64,000 bases of DNA from the NCBI GenBank assembly GCA_013239625.1, contig MU053722.1, forward strand, positions 1 to 64,000, given 5' to 3'. A program made the translations under genes and the position numbers. This document shows, in pieces, positions 52,480 to 64,000 of this stretch. This stretch comes from Lama guanicoe (Eukaryota). The notes under the pieces are model-generated. The model saw only the letters and a program-made list of their open reading frames with translations. It was not told where the DNA came from and searched no databases. Position 1 is the stretch's first letter; each line of letters starts with the position of its first letter.

Positions 52480-52800
52480 ATTTGACATGTAAGAAAGATC
52501 TGTCTGTCACTGCACACATACCGTATGTGGGCTGACTGTGGAGGTGGGAAAGCGTCTCTGCTGCATGCAGTCATTTGGAACTTAGTTTTACCCATCTGAT
52601 GGTTTGGTCATGATGTAAGGCTTGAGTATACTCCACTGGAAGCTCTGCATGTCCCTAGCCAATGACCAAAGAGAGATCTTTTGTAGGACATCAAGGAATA
52701 TTTTAAGGGCCAGCCTCTCTTAACTTTTCACTGGCTAAAACCTAAGTCATTTGGCCCCATGTAGATGGAAGGACCCCGGAGATGATGTCTGAAATTTTTT
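52480..52800 (-). mobile_element. Old MLT1-like LTR fragment
   Basis: CATGCAGTCATTTGGAAC..CACTGGCTAAAACCTAAGTCATTTGGCCCCA. Confidence 0.5.
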
Positions 52801-55800
52801 AAAACAGAGTTCATTGATATTGGCATATATTCTCTACTATAGTATCATTAAATTATTCATAGACACAAAATTAGCTCACAAATAGATTCCACACTCAGCA
52901 GGTACTCCTCTGTATTTTTTTTTTTGCATCCCATGTGGATTTCATCACTAAAAAATTCTGAATGACACTGTAATTCTATTCTGTCCTCTTACACTAAAAC
53001 TCAGTATTTGCACTCCTTTTTTAAAATAGCCTGTAAAATCAGCTGCAGTTTTGTTGCCTAAAAGCTAAAACATTTGATGGCACCTTTAATCCACCTCTAG
53101 TTCAGATACTATAAGTGATTACTCCAGATTTCCCTGAAGATTTTGTTGAACAATTAGCCTTGATAAGCAGATTTTTAATCAAGCAAATAGGCATAATTAG
53201 GTACATAGGCTGTGCTTTAAATGATTCTTATTAACTATGTGCTTCACTGCCTAGCGCACAACCCAGGTGTGACATGGCAATTCTTTCTTTAACTGATGCT
53301 TGCTGAGATTACAGTTAGACACAGACTTAATCCAGTTAGCAAACCCATCCTCACATGAAAAGTGAAAAACTGCTGACAGTTGCAAAGAGTATTATCCCAT
53401 TAGTGATTTTCTATTGCTGTGTTCTCTAATTATATTCCTCCACTACCACTAAGGTATCACACAAAGTCAACAGTGAAATATAACTGAATATGAAAAATAC
53501 AATTTCTGATGGAAATCATCTAACCTCACAAGGATCTAGAGTACAATGTTAATGATAGATAATCCCTTGAAAGTGTTATTTTATTTAAAAAATTTCCTCC
53601 AATAACAGGGTCCAAATAATCAAAATGATAGAAACACTGGATGACATTTTGTGAGATTTTAGACAGGGAAGATATAATGCACAGATGTAGTTTTAGACAG
53701 ATAGATCTTATGCAGATAGATAATCATATGCATATGATTGCTTATAATTATATATACTACATGTTTATTATACTTAAATATATAATAATCATTTATATGC
53801 AGTCATAATATATATCTAATAATTCATATCTGTCTACATCTCAAAATTTTAAAGTGAGACTAGCAATATCCTTAACTCAGTAGATCTTATTACAACATTC
53901 AGACTGTTAAAATGAGTTGCTGTACACATTAGGGATTGGAATTGATGAGTAAAGAACTGATAAATAGAGATCAGAAATACAATTCAAGGTGATGTAACTC
54001 GCCAAAAACTGTTCTGGGTGGTACAATGCTAAGCATACAAAGAAATACAAAGAAAGTCTCTGTGAAGACAAGTTAATTTTACAAACACAATATAGGAAAT
54101 GAGAGTTTTGTCCTTTGTGGAGTTAATGGGTGTGGTTTAGTTGTTCCATGGATGTCTAATCAAATGATTCAGAGAATCACATAAAACTGCTACCTAATCA
54201 AAATGCAAAATGCATTGATGTGTGATGCAATTAAGCAATAAATTCTAAATATAGATATTAAACAGGAATTGAAAATAAATTTGATTTTAGGGTCAAGTCT
54301 TTTAAAACCTGAGTCAGTACTAAAGTTTAATCCATCAAAAGTTACAATAATTATCTTAGCAGTTAAAATTCTCTTAAGTTCAAAATATTAATTTGTACAT
54401 CCAGTATACTTTCTTGATTGAGGAGAATGCTGCAGAAGTTCTTCATCTCACTCAAAAAGCAAAAGCAAAAACAAAGACACCACTCATCTATTTCCGTGAT
54501 ATTAAACCAATTTAGTTTTAACTATACATGTTTATGTAAGAGCTCACACCGTTTATACGTTAGAACTTTTAGTTTTACTGTATATAGCAATTTTCATAGA
54601 GTGAAAAAGTTATGTAAATGGTAAAACTCTGAATATAACATAGCTAAGAAAATAAGCATTCTTTAATGAAAAAATTTCATGAGAAAAAAAACCTTAAGCA
54701 TGAGTATGTAGGTTTTAGTTTATTCCAGTGTATTTTATTCACTGCATAATATCATTGTATTAGATGACATAAAATAAAATAATCCAAAGAGAATCTATAC
54801 ATACATACAACTACTTAAATACATTAAAACAAAAGTTTCTTCCCATGAACAGATGGAACATCATTTTGACAGTACGAGGGCTACTTTGAGTAGAGTAACA
54901 CACATTGAACGGTTTCTGAGGCAAGTCTTAAGGCATAACTGAGAGGAAGTACAGGCCCCTAAATTGAATGGGAATACACACGTACACACACACACACATC
55001 ACATACATATTCTTTGTCTATTTATAAAAAGAGCCATTCTCATAAAATCATAAAATTTTGGTCAGGTTTTCAGAAACCTTTCAGTAATTCTCAATGTTAT
55101 TTTTTTTAACCTATGGGTATTTATTATTAAATTTATTAGTGTATTTAAAATTTTCAAATTGTATTAAAACTATAGAGAAAATTTGATAAGCATTGGGTTA
55201 AGAAGCATTGGAGTAAAAAGTGAAATTTCATTAAAGGAAAGTCAGTGGATAAATTAAACTATCTGAATAATTGCTTATGATAGGAAGATTTTTAAATATA
55301 ATTTAAAAAGAATGTATTCAATAATAGGTACTTGCTCTCCTTTTAAAAAAATTATTTTGAAAGCTAGAGAGATAACTAATTAAACTTTTTTTTTCCTGTT
55401 TGGATTGAGGTAGACAAATGTAACTGTTTTTACTTACCCTAAATATTTTCCATCCTTAGCCATATCTCATTTGGCTGAATACAGATCAACACACACATTT
55501 CCAATTTTTGAGAATTTCACAATAGAGCTTAGTCAAATATGGTTAACACTTTATAATGAAAGGTGAAGATACATTGATGCTATATAAAAAGATGAAATAT
55601 GGAAATATCAGCTAGAAAGAAAGACGGTAGAAGTTGTATATTGGGTGGAGGGGTGGAGCTTTGTTTGGAACCAGAGTTTTCACCCTTAACATAACCTGTG
55701 GATAACTCCCTACCCCCAGTCCTGAATTCCTGGATCTCTGCTGATGCTTTTGTGCTGGCTGGAGGTCTTATGTCCCTCACCATGCTTGCTAAAATTTGCT

Positions 55801-56019
55801 CATCCTACCTTTGAAGACACCGATCAGACAGTATTTCTCTGCCTTCCTCCCCACCCCACTCCGACAGCAATCATGGATCCATTTACTCCAGAATTTACCT
55901 CCCTTTAATGTGTACTTTCATAGAACTTTGCCTGTTTATAGTATTAGTAACAAAGCATTCTTATTTGTCTTTCTTGTGAACTGTGTCTTTGAGATCCTCA
56001 AGAACAGTACACAGTTTTT

Positions 56020-56205
56020 GGAGATGAAGAGAATTAGAATCAAAGTCATAGTCACCCTCTTAACTAGCTAGCCAACTTTGACAAGTATGTTAATCTATAG
56101 TTTCCTCATCTGTTAAAACTGGAATAATAAAATTAATTTCGTATGGTGATGGCAAAGACAGATTTAGATAAAATGGATAATGTGCTTAACACATTGCTTG
56201 TCATA
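56020..56205 (+). mobile_element. MIR SINE
   Basis: ACTTTGACAAGTATGTTAATCTATAGTTTCCTCATCTGTTAAAACTGGAATAATAA. Confidence 0.7.
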
Positions 56206-57979
56206 ACACTTATGGTCCCACATTCCCATACAAATTCCTTACATTTATTTGTTGAAATTTAAATTCCTAGGGTATCTATTACTTGTTAAGTGCTGAGTAT
56301 ATGGCATTTCCTTTCCATTCCTTTCCATTTTTCGTCCTCCTATTCATCTTCAGTTCTAGTCTGAGCATCAAGAAAACGCCTGACAAACAGTTAAAAATAA
56401 TTATATTGAATTGAATGATGTGTGTATATTTTTTGAGTGGTCTAATTTTAATAACTTATAAAATGCAGCAGTTAAAAAGATGACAAACAAAATAAGCAAT
56501 CATCCCATTGTCATCAGACATCACATACACAACACATGTGTACACACATACACAAAATACCTTCTTTCTGCACTTTTATCATGAAAGTGTGTTTATGTCA
56601 TATGTATTGTATATATCACTTATTGTAATATAATACAATATATAGTATCCATAGTGTATATACTGTACCTTATATATAATATAATACATATACTATATGT
56701 ATAGTATGCATGTATTATTGACATATAATATATACATACATATTTTAGCTTACATTTTTCACTTTAATATTCTGTTTCAGTCATCTTCATGTGGTTAAAT
56801 ATTGTAAACTATGTTATTTTAAATACCTGAATACTGTCGCTTCAAGGGATGCACTATCATTTATTTAATCATTTTGTTGTTTAGGTAAGAAAATGGTTAA
56901 CATTTTTAAGTCTTTATCTCTAAAATATAACATATTTACATTTGCTTCCAAAATTAATATTTCTCATCATATTAGTTATATTTTGTGTTGTGTGTTTCTT
57001 TGATGTTTTGAGGTTTTTTGAGGAAAACGTAGAGTACACTAAAAACAAAGTAGGTTATACTCTCTTTTGTTTAATTAATGTTGATAAAGATATACTGAGC
57101 AGATGTACATGAGAAATGTCCTATATATAAAACAGCTTTATATTTTAAGTTTTGAGGAAACTGTTGTAATCACAGGCAAAGAAAGCCAATCAATGCAGTT
57201 ATCAAAATGACTGGTTTCCCAACTGAGTATTTTATGAATTCAGAAACACTCTTTGTTACTAAAGAGATGTTGCAGAAGTAATGTCACCCAGGACATAGAT
57301 TTACCTTGCTGTTTTATTGACAGTTTTATAATTTATTTTAGTTTTCCTCTTTTTTGGTCATTTTTCTTCCTTTTGAATAGTCACTGTTAATACACTTTTG
57401 TTTCCCTTACTAATTCACAAAATGCTTCAGTGAAATGTTTTTAAACAACAAAATCATTAACTGAACTAAATAATTATATATGCAGGTACCAACATCCATG
57501 GATTTTCACTTCTACTATTGGCATGATATTCTTGGCCTAATTTCCTGTTTATTCATCTATGTAAGCCAACATACTCAATAATTTTTATAATTTGAATCCG
57601 GATAAGTAAGTCAATATTGTAAATAAGCTAGGGTACTTGGGATACATCGATGACAAATCAGACTAAGATCTCTGAAATAGAGTAGTTTACTAAAATTTTT
57701 ATTTTCTCTTTATTGTTACAGCTGCTAATTTTATTTTAAATAATACATGTATTGGTGACCAAAGGAGATGCTGTCGTAACAACAAAAATTAAAAATTCTA
57801 AAAAAGAAGAGCAGCCTCTGTTAGAGGTTGTTCACTAGGCAGAGAGCAAATTGGTAATAGACCTGGAAATTTGGAGACAGAACCTCCTCCTTGGTAAAAG
57901 TGCAAGAGATGCAAAGTTGACCAGGTTACCTTCTGAGACTAAGGCTCTATGGGAAAACATTTGAGACAGAGAGTTGAAG

Positions 57980-58275
57980 CATTTACAGATCTCAGACCCC
58001 CAAATTTATCCCTTCCTACTCCAGGTAACCATGAGATTGTGTACTATGTCTTTGAGATTTGCAGATATTAACTACTGTGTATAAAAACAGATGACAAACA
58101 GATTTCTTCTGTATAGCACAGGAAACTATATTCAATATCTTGTAGTAACCTTTAATGAAAAAGAATATGAAAACAAGTATATGTATATATACCCGTGAGT
58201 GAGACATTATGCTGTATACCAGAAATTGACACATTGTAACTGGCTATACTTCAATAAAAAACATAATAAATTTGA
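57980..58275 (+). mobile_element. Short 5'-inverted L1 insertion
   Basis: 58051-58262 is a sense L1 3' end with an A-rich tail; 57980-58050 is the adjoining upstream L1 segment in the opposite orientation (compare 2489-2570). Confidence 0.8.
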
Positions 58276-59029
58276 AAAAGAAGACAGTTCACAGAAAATT
58301 GGGGGTGGAGTGGGTTCATACTGGACCAATGCAGAAGAAATGTTTAGCTTCACCTAACTAAGCTTTGGTCTATTCCTTGGTGATGTGTAGTTATATTTTA
58401 TAGTATATAAATGTCATTATTTTTTAAACATTAAAGATATGTTGAGTGTGCATTTGCTCTTAACTGGCTGAGTTCAGCAAGGTATTAAAGAAATGAGCTC
58501 AGGCAAGACATGGGCAAGTTTGATAGCAAATAATGAAAGCTAATAGAAAGAATCCAAAATCTTGGGGCCTCCAGTATTTGAAAAGTTAACTATTTCTAGT
58601 CCTCAAAAGTAAAAGATGTGATTGAAAAAGGATTTGGATGGCATAGGACCATTCAGATTTATACCTCCAAGAGTAGATTAAAAATAGGGCCTTCCAATTC
58701 AAACTCATTCTTTCAGGCAGCCTCAAGATGCATATTAATTTGAGAGCAATAACCAAGGAAGTTAAATACAGAGACATAAATCAGTTTTAGAAGCTTCCTC
58801 TGGAAAAGATTTTTGTGTGGTTATTGGCTCAAAAAACTAACTGTAAATAAATGGATCTCAGTCCCACTGAATTTTTGAGAAAATGTTGTCAAATAAGTTA
58901 CTGATTTAAAAAGCTTTGAATATTTGACTCTTCTATTTTTTATTGAGTGAAAGATTCTTTAAATTCTGCAAGGCTTTATAGTTTTCAAAAGTTTCACACA
59001 CCGGATTTCATATAATCCCATCATAAACC

Positions 59030-59510
59030 TTTTTTAAAAAATCTCCTACACCTATATTGCCTCTCTCCCTTCCTGTCTCCCCACTGGTAGCCATTAGTTT
59101 ATTCTCTATATATCTGTGAGTCTGCTTCTTTTTTGTCTTATTCACTAGTTTGTTGTATTTTTTTAGATTCTGCACATAAGTGATTATCATACAGTATTTG
59201 TCTTTTTCTGTCTGACTTATTTCACATGGCATAATGCCCCCCCCCAGTCCATCCATGTTGCTGCAAATGGCAGAATTCCATTCTTTTTTATGCCCAAGTA
59301 GTATTCCATTGTACATATACCACAGCTTCTTTATCCATTTATCTGTTGATGGATGCTTAGGTTGTTTCCATACCTTGGTAGGTGTAAATAATGCTGCTAT
59401 GAACTTTGGGGTGTGTGCATGTATCTTTTTGAAGTAGTTTCAGTTTACATCCCCATCAACAGTGTAGGAGGGTTCCCTTTTACCCCACATTGTCGCTGAC
59501 ATTTGTTGAA
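59030..59510 (-). mobile_element. L1 3' fragment
   Basis: TCCATCCATGTTGCTGCAAATGGCAGAATT..CTGTTGATGGATGCTTAGGTTGTTTCCATA. Confidence 0.88.
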
Positions 59511-62500
59511 TATTTGAGTCTTAACCCTTGAGTCCCCAAACTTAAAGAACCTAAGTCTCCCCAAGAGATTTCATTCCTGACACCCACCTTAAATATGGAG
59601 GAAAATGGACAAGGAAAACCTCTTACTGTTAAGTCTGGAACATGAAGGACAATAGAGAGAAAAATTCCTCCTGGAAAGCAGAATCAAGGGATTCACCGGG
59701 AAGTTTAAAGCAGGATCCACCAACAGGAGTCGATCATTGTCATGGCCCAGTGATACTGTGTTTTTTTCTTATGTTTCCTGATGAANNNNNNNNNNNNNNN
59801 NNNNNNNNNNNNNNNNNNNNNNNNNNNNNNNNNNNNNNNNNNNNNNNNNNNNNNNNNNNNNNNNNNNNNNNNNNNNNNNNNNNNNNNNNNNNNNNNNNNN
59901 TAATGTACTTTTTGTTAAGAAGAGAAAACATAGGTGAGGAAAAATATTGGAGTAGATGGTGAGTGAGTCAAGATAGTTATTTTGGACAGGTTTAGCTTGA
60001 GTTGGCTATCGGGGTGGAAGTTTTGAGGTCACGTATGCAGTTACACATATTGTCCTTATTAAAATTCTTTTATCTTGTGAATGTTTACTGAAGCATACTC
60101 CTCAGCCTCATGTTAAAGAAGTACTTACTACGATCATGCTTAGCTTCTCCCTTATTTTTAGAGCTATCATTCTAGAAATGATTGGTCCTGATGGCAAGAT
60201 CCATTTTCCAAAAAGGAAGAAAACATATAATATAGTGGCTCAAGACAATGTAGTCAGTGCATCTGGATTTACATTTGTTCTCCAACTTTCAACCTCTATA
60301 ACAATAATAAAGTTACTTCATCTCTATAAGTCCGCATTTCCTCCAATGTAAAGTGATATAAACTCTTGTCAACTTGATAGAAGATTAAATGAGCTAACAT
60401 ATTTAGTATGTAAACCATAGGAAATATTTGAAATATGGTAAAAATAAAATGGCAATAATCGTGGTAGATATGTTGATAAATTCCCTATTATGCAAAAAAT
60501 TAGTACTAAATCACATTGCATGCTTCTGGGACAAATGATTCATGGTTTAAGGAATGATGGCTTAATGCTATCATACTTTTTTACAATACCCAATGACTTT
60601 TCCTTTTAGTAAAACCATGATATCAAACTCCTAGCTCTATTATTTAACTTAAAAATGATATCTCACAGTCATAATCTTTTAAAAATGGGGTAAATTATTT
60701 TTACCAAATAGTTTTCCTTGCCAAGGAAAGAATAAAATCTGTTATTTTCTACCTATTTACATCATGTTGTGAAATATTTGTACAATTTTGATTAGAGGAA
60801 TATAAAGAAAAGGGAGTTGCTTTTTTAAAAACTATTAAGTGCCACTCTTAGCCTTTAATTCAAACTGAAACCTTTTTTCATAGTAATTTTTTAAGATGTT
60901 GGCAGTTTTTTATGGTCTGTTCTCAATATCTTTTCACGATATGAGGCATATAATGTGGGATTTTCTCTAAAAATTTAATTGTAACAAACATTTGATTTCA
61001 ATGAAAAGTTGAACCAAAGGAAATTCTCACCTGACTTTTTTTCCTGTTTTCTGCCCTGAGTTGCTCATTTTTAATAATTCTTTTTTACAATATGTCAGAG
61101 GTTACAGTATATGTTGCATGTACTACAAATGGCATATCACAAGTTTTTAGCCCATAAGTTTAATTTTCTTACTATAAGCAGAATGACCAAATGCTTTTAT
61201 CTAGCAATCGTGTCTGTAAATGTATTCTGTGTGGCATATTTCCAATGCTGAGAGATTAAAAAATTATTTTCCTTGCCTGGAAAGAGTACTCAGCAGATAT
61301 AAAAAAAAAAAATAGGGGGATGATGCATTTAAAATTAGTCCAGGTTCCAAAAGTGGATTATATATGATACATGTATAAATAATGCTCCCAAAGTGTAATA
61401 AGTGATGCACCAGGAAGGAACATTTTGATACTTTGGCAAAGAGAGACAATAGATTTTGAATCTACTTGCTCTTAGAAATAACAGTTTTGATGATTTTGAA
61501 CTTGGCTGAATTTTCTGATGTCACTCAATAAACTATTACAAATTTATTTTGTGCATATAATGAAAGGGCAGAATTCCCAAGCAAACAAAACACATGTTTT
61601 ATTACTCTGCTTATGTTCCAAACAGGATAAGTTACTGACAGTGCAACAGCTTAGTTTAAATATTCTAGTTCATCTTCCTCCAGAGACTTTTTCTTGGCAG
61701 GTTGACATTCAAAACTATTGATGACTGTATTCACATATTAAAACCACTTTTTAAATTGCTTTTAACCAACATCCTTGTATTTGTCATTGTCCATCATATC
61801 TTCTCTATCTTAAGTCTAAGGAAATAATAAGCCCCCACCTTTCACTGTTTGTTTTTTTTTAAATTTTCACGCTTTTCAGTTTGCTTCTACATATATGTTG
61901 TCATTGACTATTCATGACATCCTATTAGAGAATTAAGACAAATTTTTACCTTCACTCATTTTGCATGTAGGAAACAACAAACATTGTGAGAAGTTGGTGT
62001 TGCAAGCTAGTTATCGATATCTCCAATATTGGAATGTAACTGTAATTGTTCAAATTAGGACTCAATTTAGGGTTTCTTATATCACAGAAATATTATTTGT
62101 CCTAGTGTGTTCTCCCTTTTAACTCTTTCCTCTCCTATTATTTGTATAATTTCTCACAGCAAGTAGCCACAGTAAGCATGGAGACCATCTCATAGTGGTC
62201 CCACTGTTTCATTAGTATATCAGCAAGCCCCTGTTACCTCACAGAATTGAAGTGTTTGAAGTCATGAGGAAAATAAGTGAAATGAAAATATTTCAAACAG
62301 CATGACTGGTATTGTAAACAGTTGATAAAATTCAGTTTCAATTCATATTTATCTAAAACATAGAATGCACATATTTAAAACTTCTAGAATAAAACAGTTC
62401 TCAATTTAATTGTACCCTTAGTAACAACAGTCAGCTGTTTTGGGTCTTTTTTTTTTAATGTCAAGGGAATCATTTTGTAACATCTTTTCAAGGACAGCCT

Positions 62501-63529
62501 GTTTCTATTCCACCGAAGGCTCAATTGCATCTTGTTTCTTTATTGACCACATTTTTTTTTTTAGAAGTGTGACACACTCCCATTAAGTTCATGTGGCTGT
62601 AGTCCTATATAGCAAGGCAGAAGTTCCAAAGTCCATACAAAAAGAACTTCCTTTTAAGCCTATAATCAATAGTTGCCAATGATGTATAAGCATCGATTAT
62701 TAACAATGGACGTGGTTAAGTTGTTTTACTTACGTCTGCTTTTAAAGCACTTGTAATGGATTGCTACTGTCAGGTGCAGCCATTAAACAGAGTTCGTTCC
62801 GCTGAAAGCACAGAGAAGGGTCAGAATTGTTGACCGGAGATATTTAATAATCCCAGGTTATTTCTCTTTGATTCAAAAATTCACCCTCTGTGATATACTA
62901 AAAAAAAATCTGACTTACAGATGAATGTCTGCTATATTATTTATAAAATATAAATATTAGGATTATTACATGTATTCAGATTTTATTGAACCTGCAATAA
63001 ATTTACTACAAAACCAGAATTTGCCAAAGATTAGACATGAGTTTTTTCATAAAGCATTTCCAAATAAAAGTCAGAAATCTTTACTGGAATAAGGAAATAA
63101 ATTACAAACCAAGTTGAGGTAAAGTCTTGGCATGAGGCAGCACAGGGCAGCACTATAAAATTGTGATAAAATACACTAAGTGATTTTTTTTGAAAGGTAT
63201 TACCTAAAGACCCAGAGGAGATCCCTGTGGAGCAAAATTTTAGATTGAAATTTATCCAGAGTATCAGGGCCAAGTGTGAAAAACAGAACTTTCAGTAAGA
63301 CTCACTTAAATTTCAAAACTAGAAACCTAAGTAGAATAAAAGGCAGGCAAATGGTAGAAAAATCAACTCAACACCTTGAGTTTATACTATGAGAAAAAAT
63401 GATGTGAAACCAAGGAAGAAATATGCAGAGATCTCATTAGCTTTTCTGGAATAGAATGACAAGGGTTGGACCTATTCAGAGGGAAAAAGATCATGATGAG
63501 ATTATAAATAGAGTATCATCTTTAAAAAC

Positions 63530-63620
63530 TGTGAATCACTCTATTGTACACCTGTAACTTGTATAGTATTATATATCAACTATACTTTACTAAACAAAAA
63601 TAATAATAAAAATAAAAAAC
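63530..63620 (+). mobile_element. Very short L1 3' end with A tail
   Basis: GTGAATCACTCTATTGTACACCTGTAACT..ATCAACTATACTT followed by an A-rich tail. Confidence 0.75.
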
Positions 63621-63634
63621 ATGATCACTAATTC

Positions 63635-63830
63635 ATCATCAGCTATATGTAATGTGCCTACTTCCTGCTAGTTTTCTCAAGTATTATCTTTAATTCTTAA
63701 AATAACCTTGTAGGGAAACCATTATAATAATTTTTATTCCACGTGGGTAACTGAGGTTCAGAGGTGTTTAATAGCATGCCCAAGGCAATATAGCTAAAAA
63801 ATGAACACAGCACAGTTAATCCTTACCTGA
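63635..63830 (-). mobile_element. MIR SINE
   Basis: GGTAACTGAGGTTCAGAGGTGTTTAATAGCATGCCCAAGGC. Confidence 0.75.
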
Positions 63831-64000
63831 TTTATGGTCTATCATTGGTATCTTTTGTAGCAAACAGCTTAGACCAAGAATAGAACTTAAAATACAATGT
63901 TTGGTATGCCTTATAATTTGTACTTTTCCCAATATCCCATCTCCTGCATACACTTGATTGTCTAGAAAAATATTAATGTATTAAATTAAACAGAACAGCA

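Noticed and set aside
1..64000. Prokaryote-type systems (CRISPR arrays, operons, rRNA)
   Set aside because: Mammalian repeat-rich DNA; no regularly spaced repeat array or gene-dense region.

Overview
AT-rich, repeat-dense mammalian DNA with five assembly gaps. It is most likely camelid, judging by two tRNA-derived SINEs resembling Vic-1 and cetartiodactyl-type L1 3' ends. I found no intact protein-coding sequence. The centre of the window is a CpG-island promoter (~17.8-18.5 kb) with NRF1-, ETS/GABPA- and TCTCGCG-type motifs. It has a strong minus-strand splice donor, suggesting a non-coding exon 1 of an unidentified gene running off the left edge, and a weaker plus-strand donor, suggesting a divergent transcript. 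Beside it is a degraded, 5'-truncated RAD23A processed pseudogene (minus strand, ~18485-19812) that the ORF track misses. Its 3' UTR is split by a ~420-bp CpG-rich segment of unknown origin that forms a second CpG-rich block. A full-length, heavily decayed HSPD1 (HSP60) processed pseudogene lies at ~25664-27903 (+). The rest is L1, L2, MIR, LTR and DNA-transposon relics, a few candidate enhancers, a 5'-inverted L1 and an AT-rich palindrome. Gene and repeat identities come from recalled sequence, not database searches. I see no convincing new biological system; the retrocopy/CpG-insert/promoter composite is the most unusual item.
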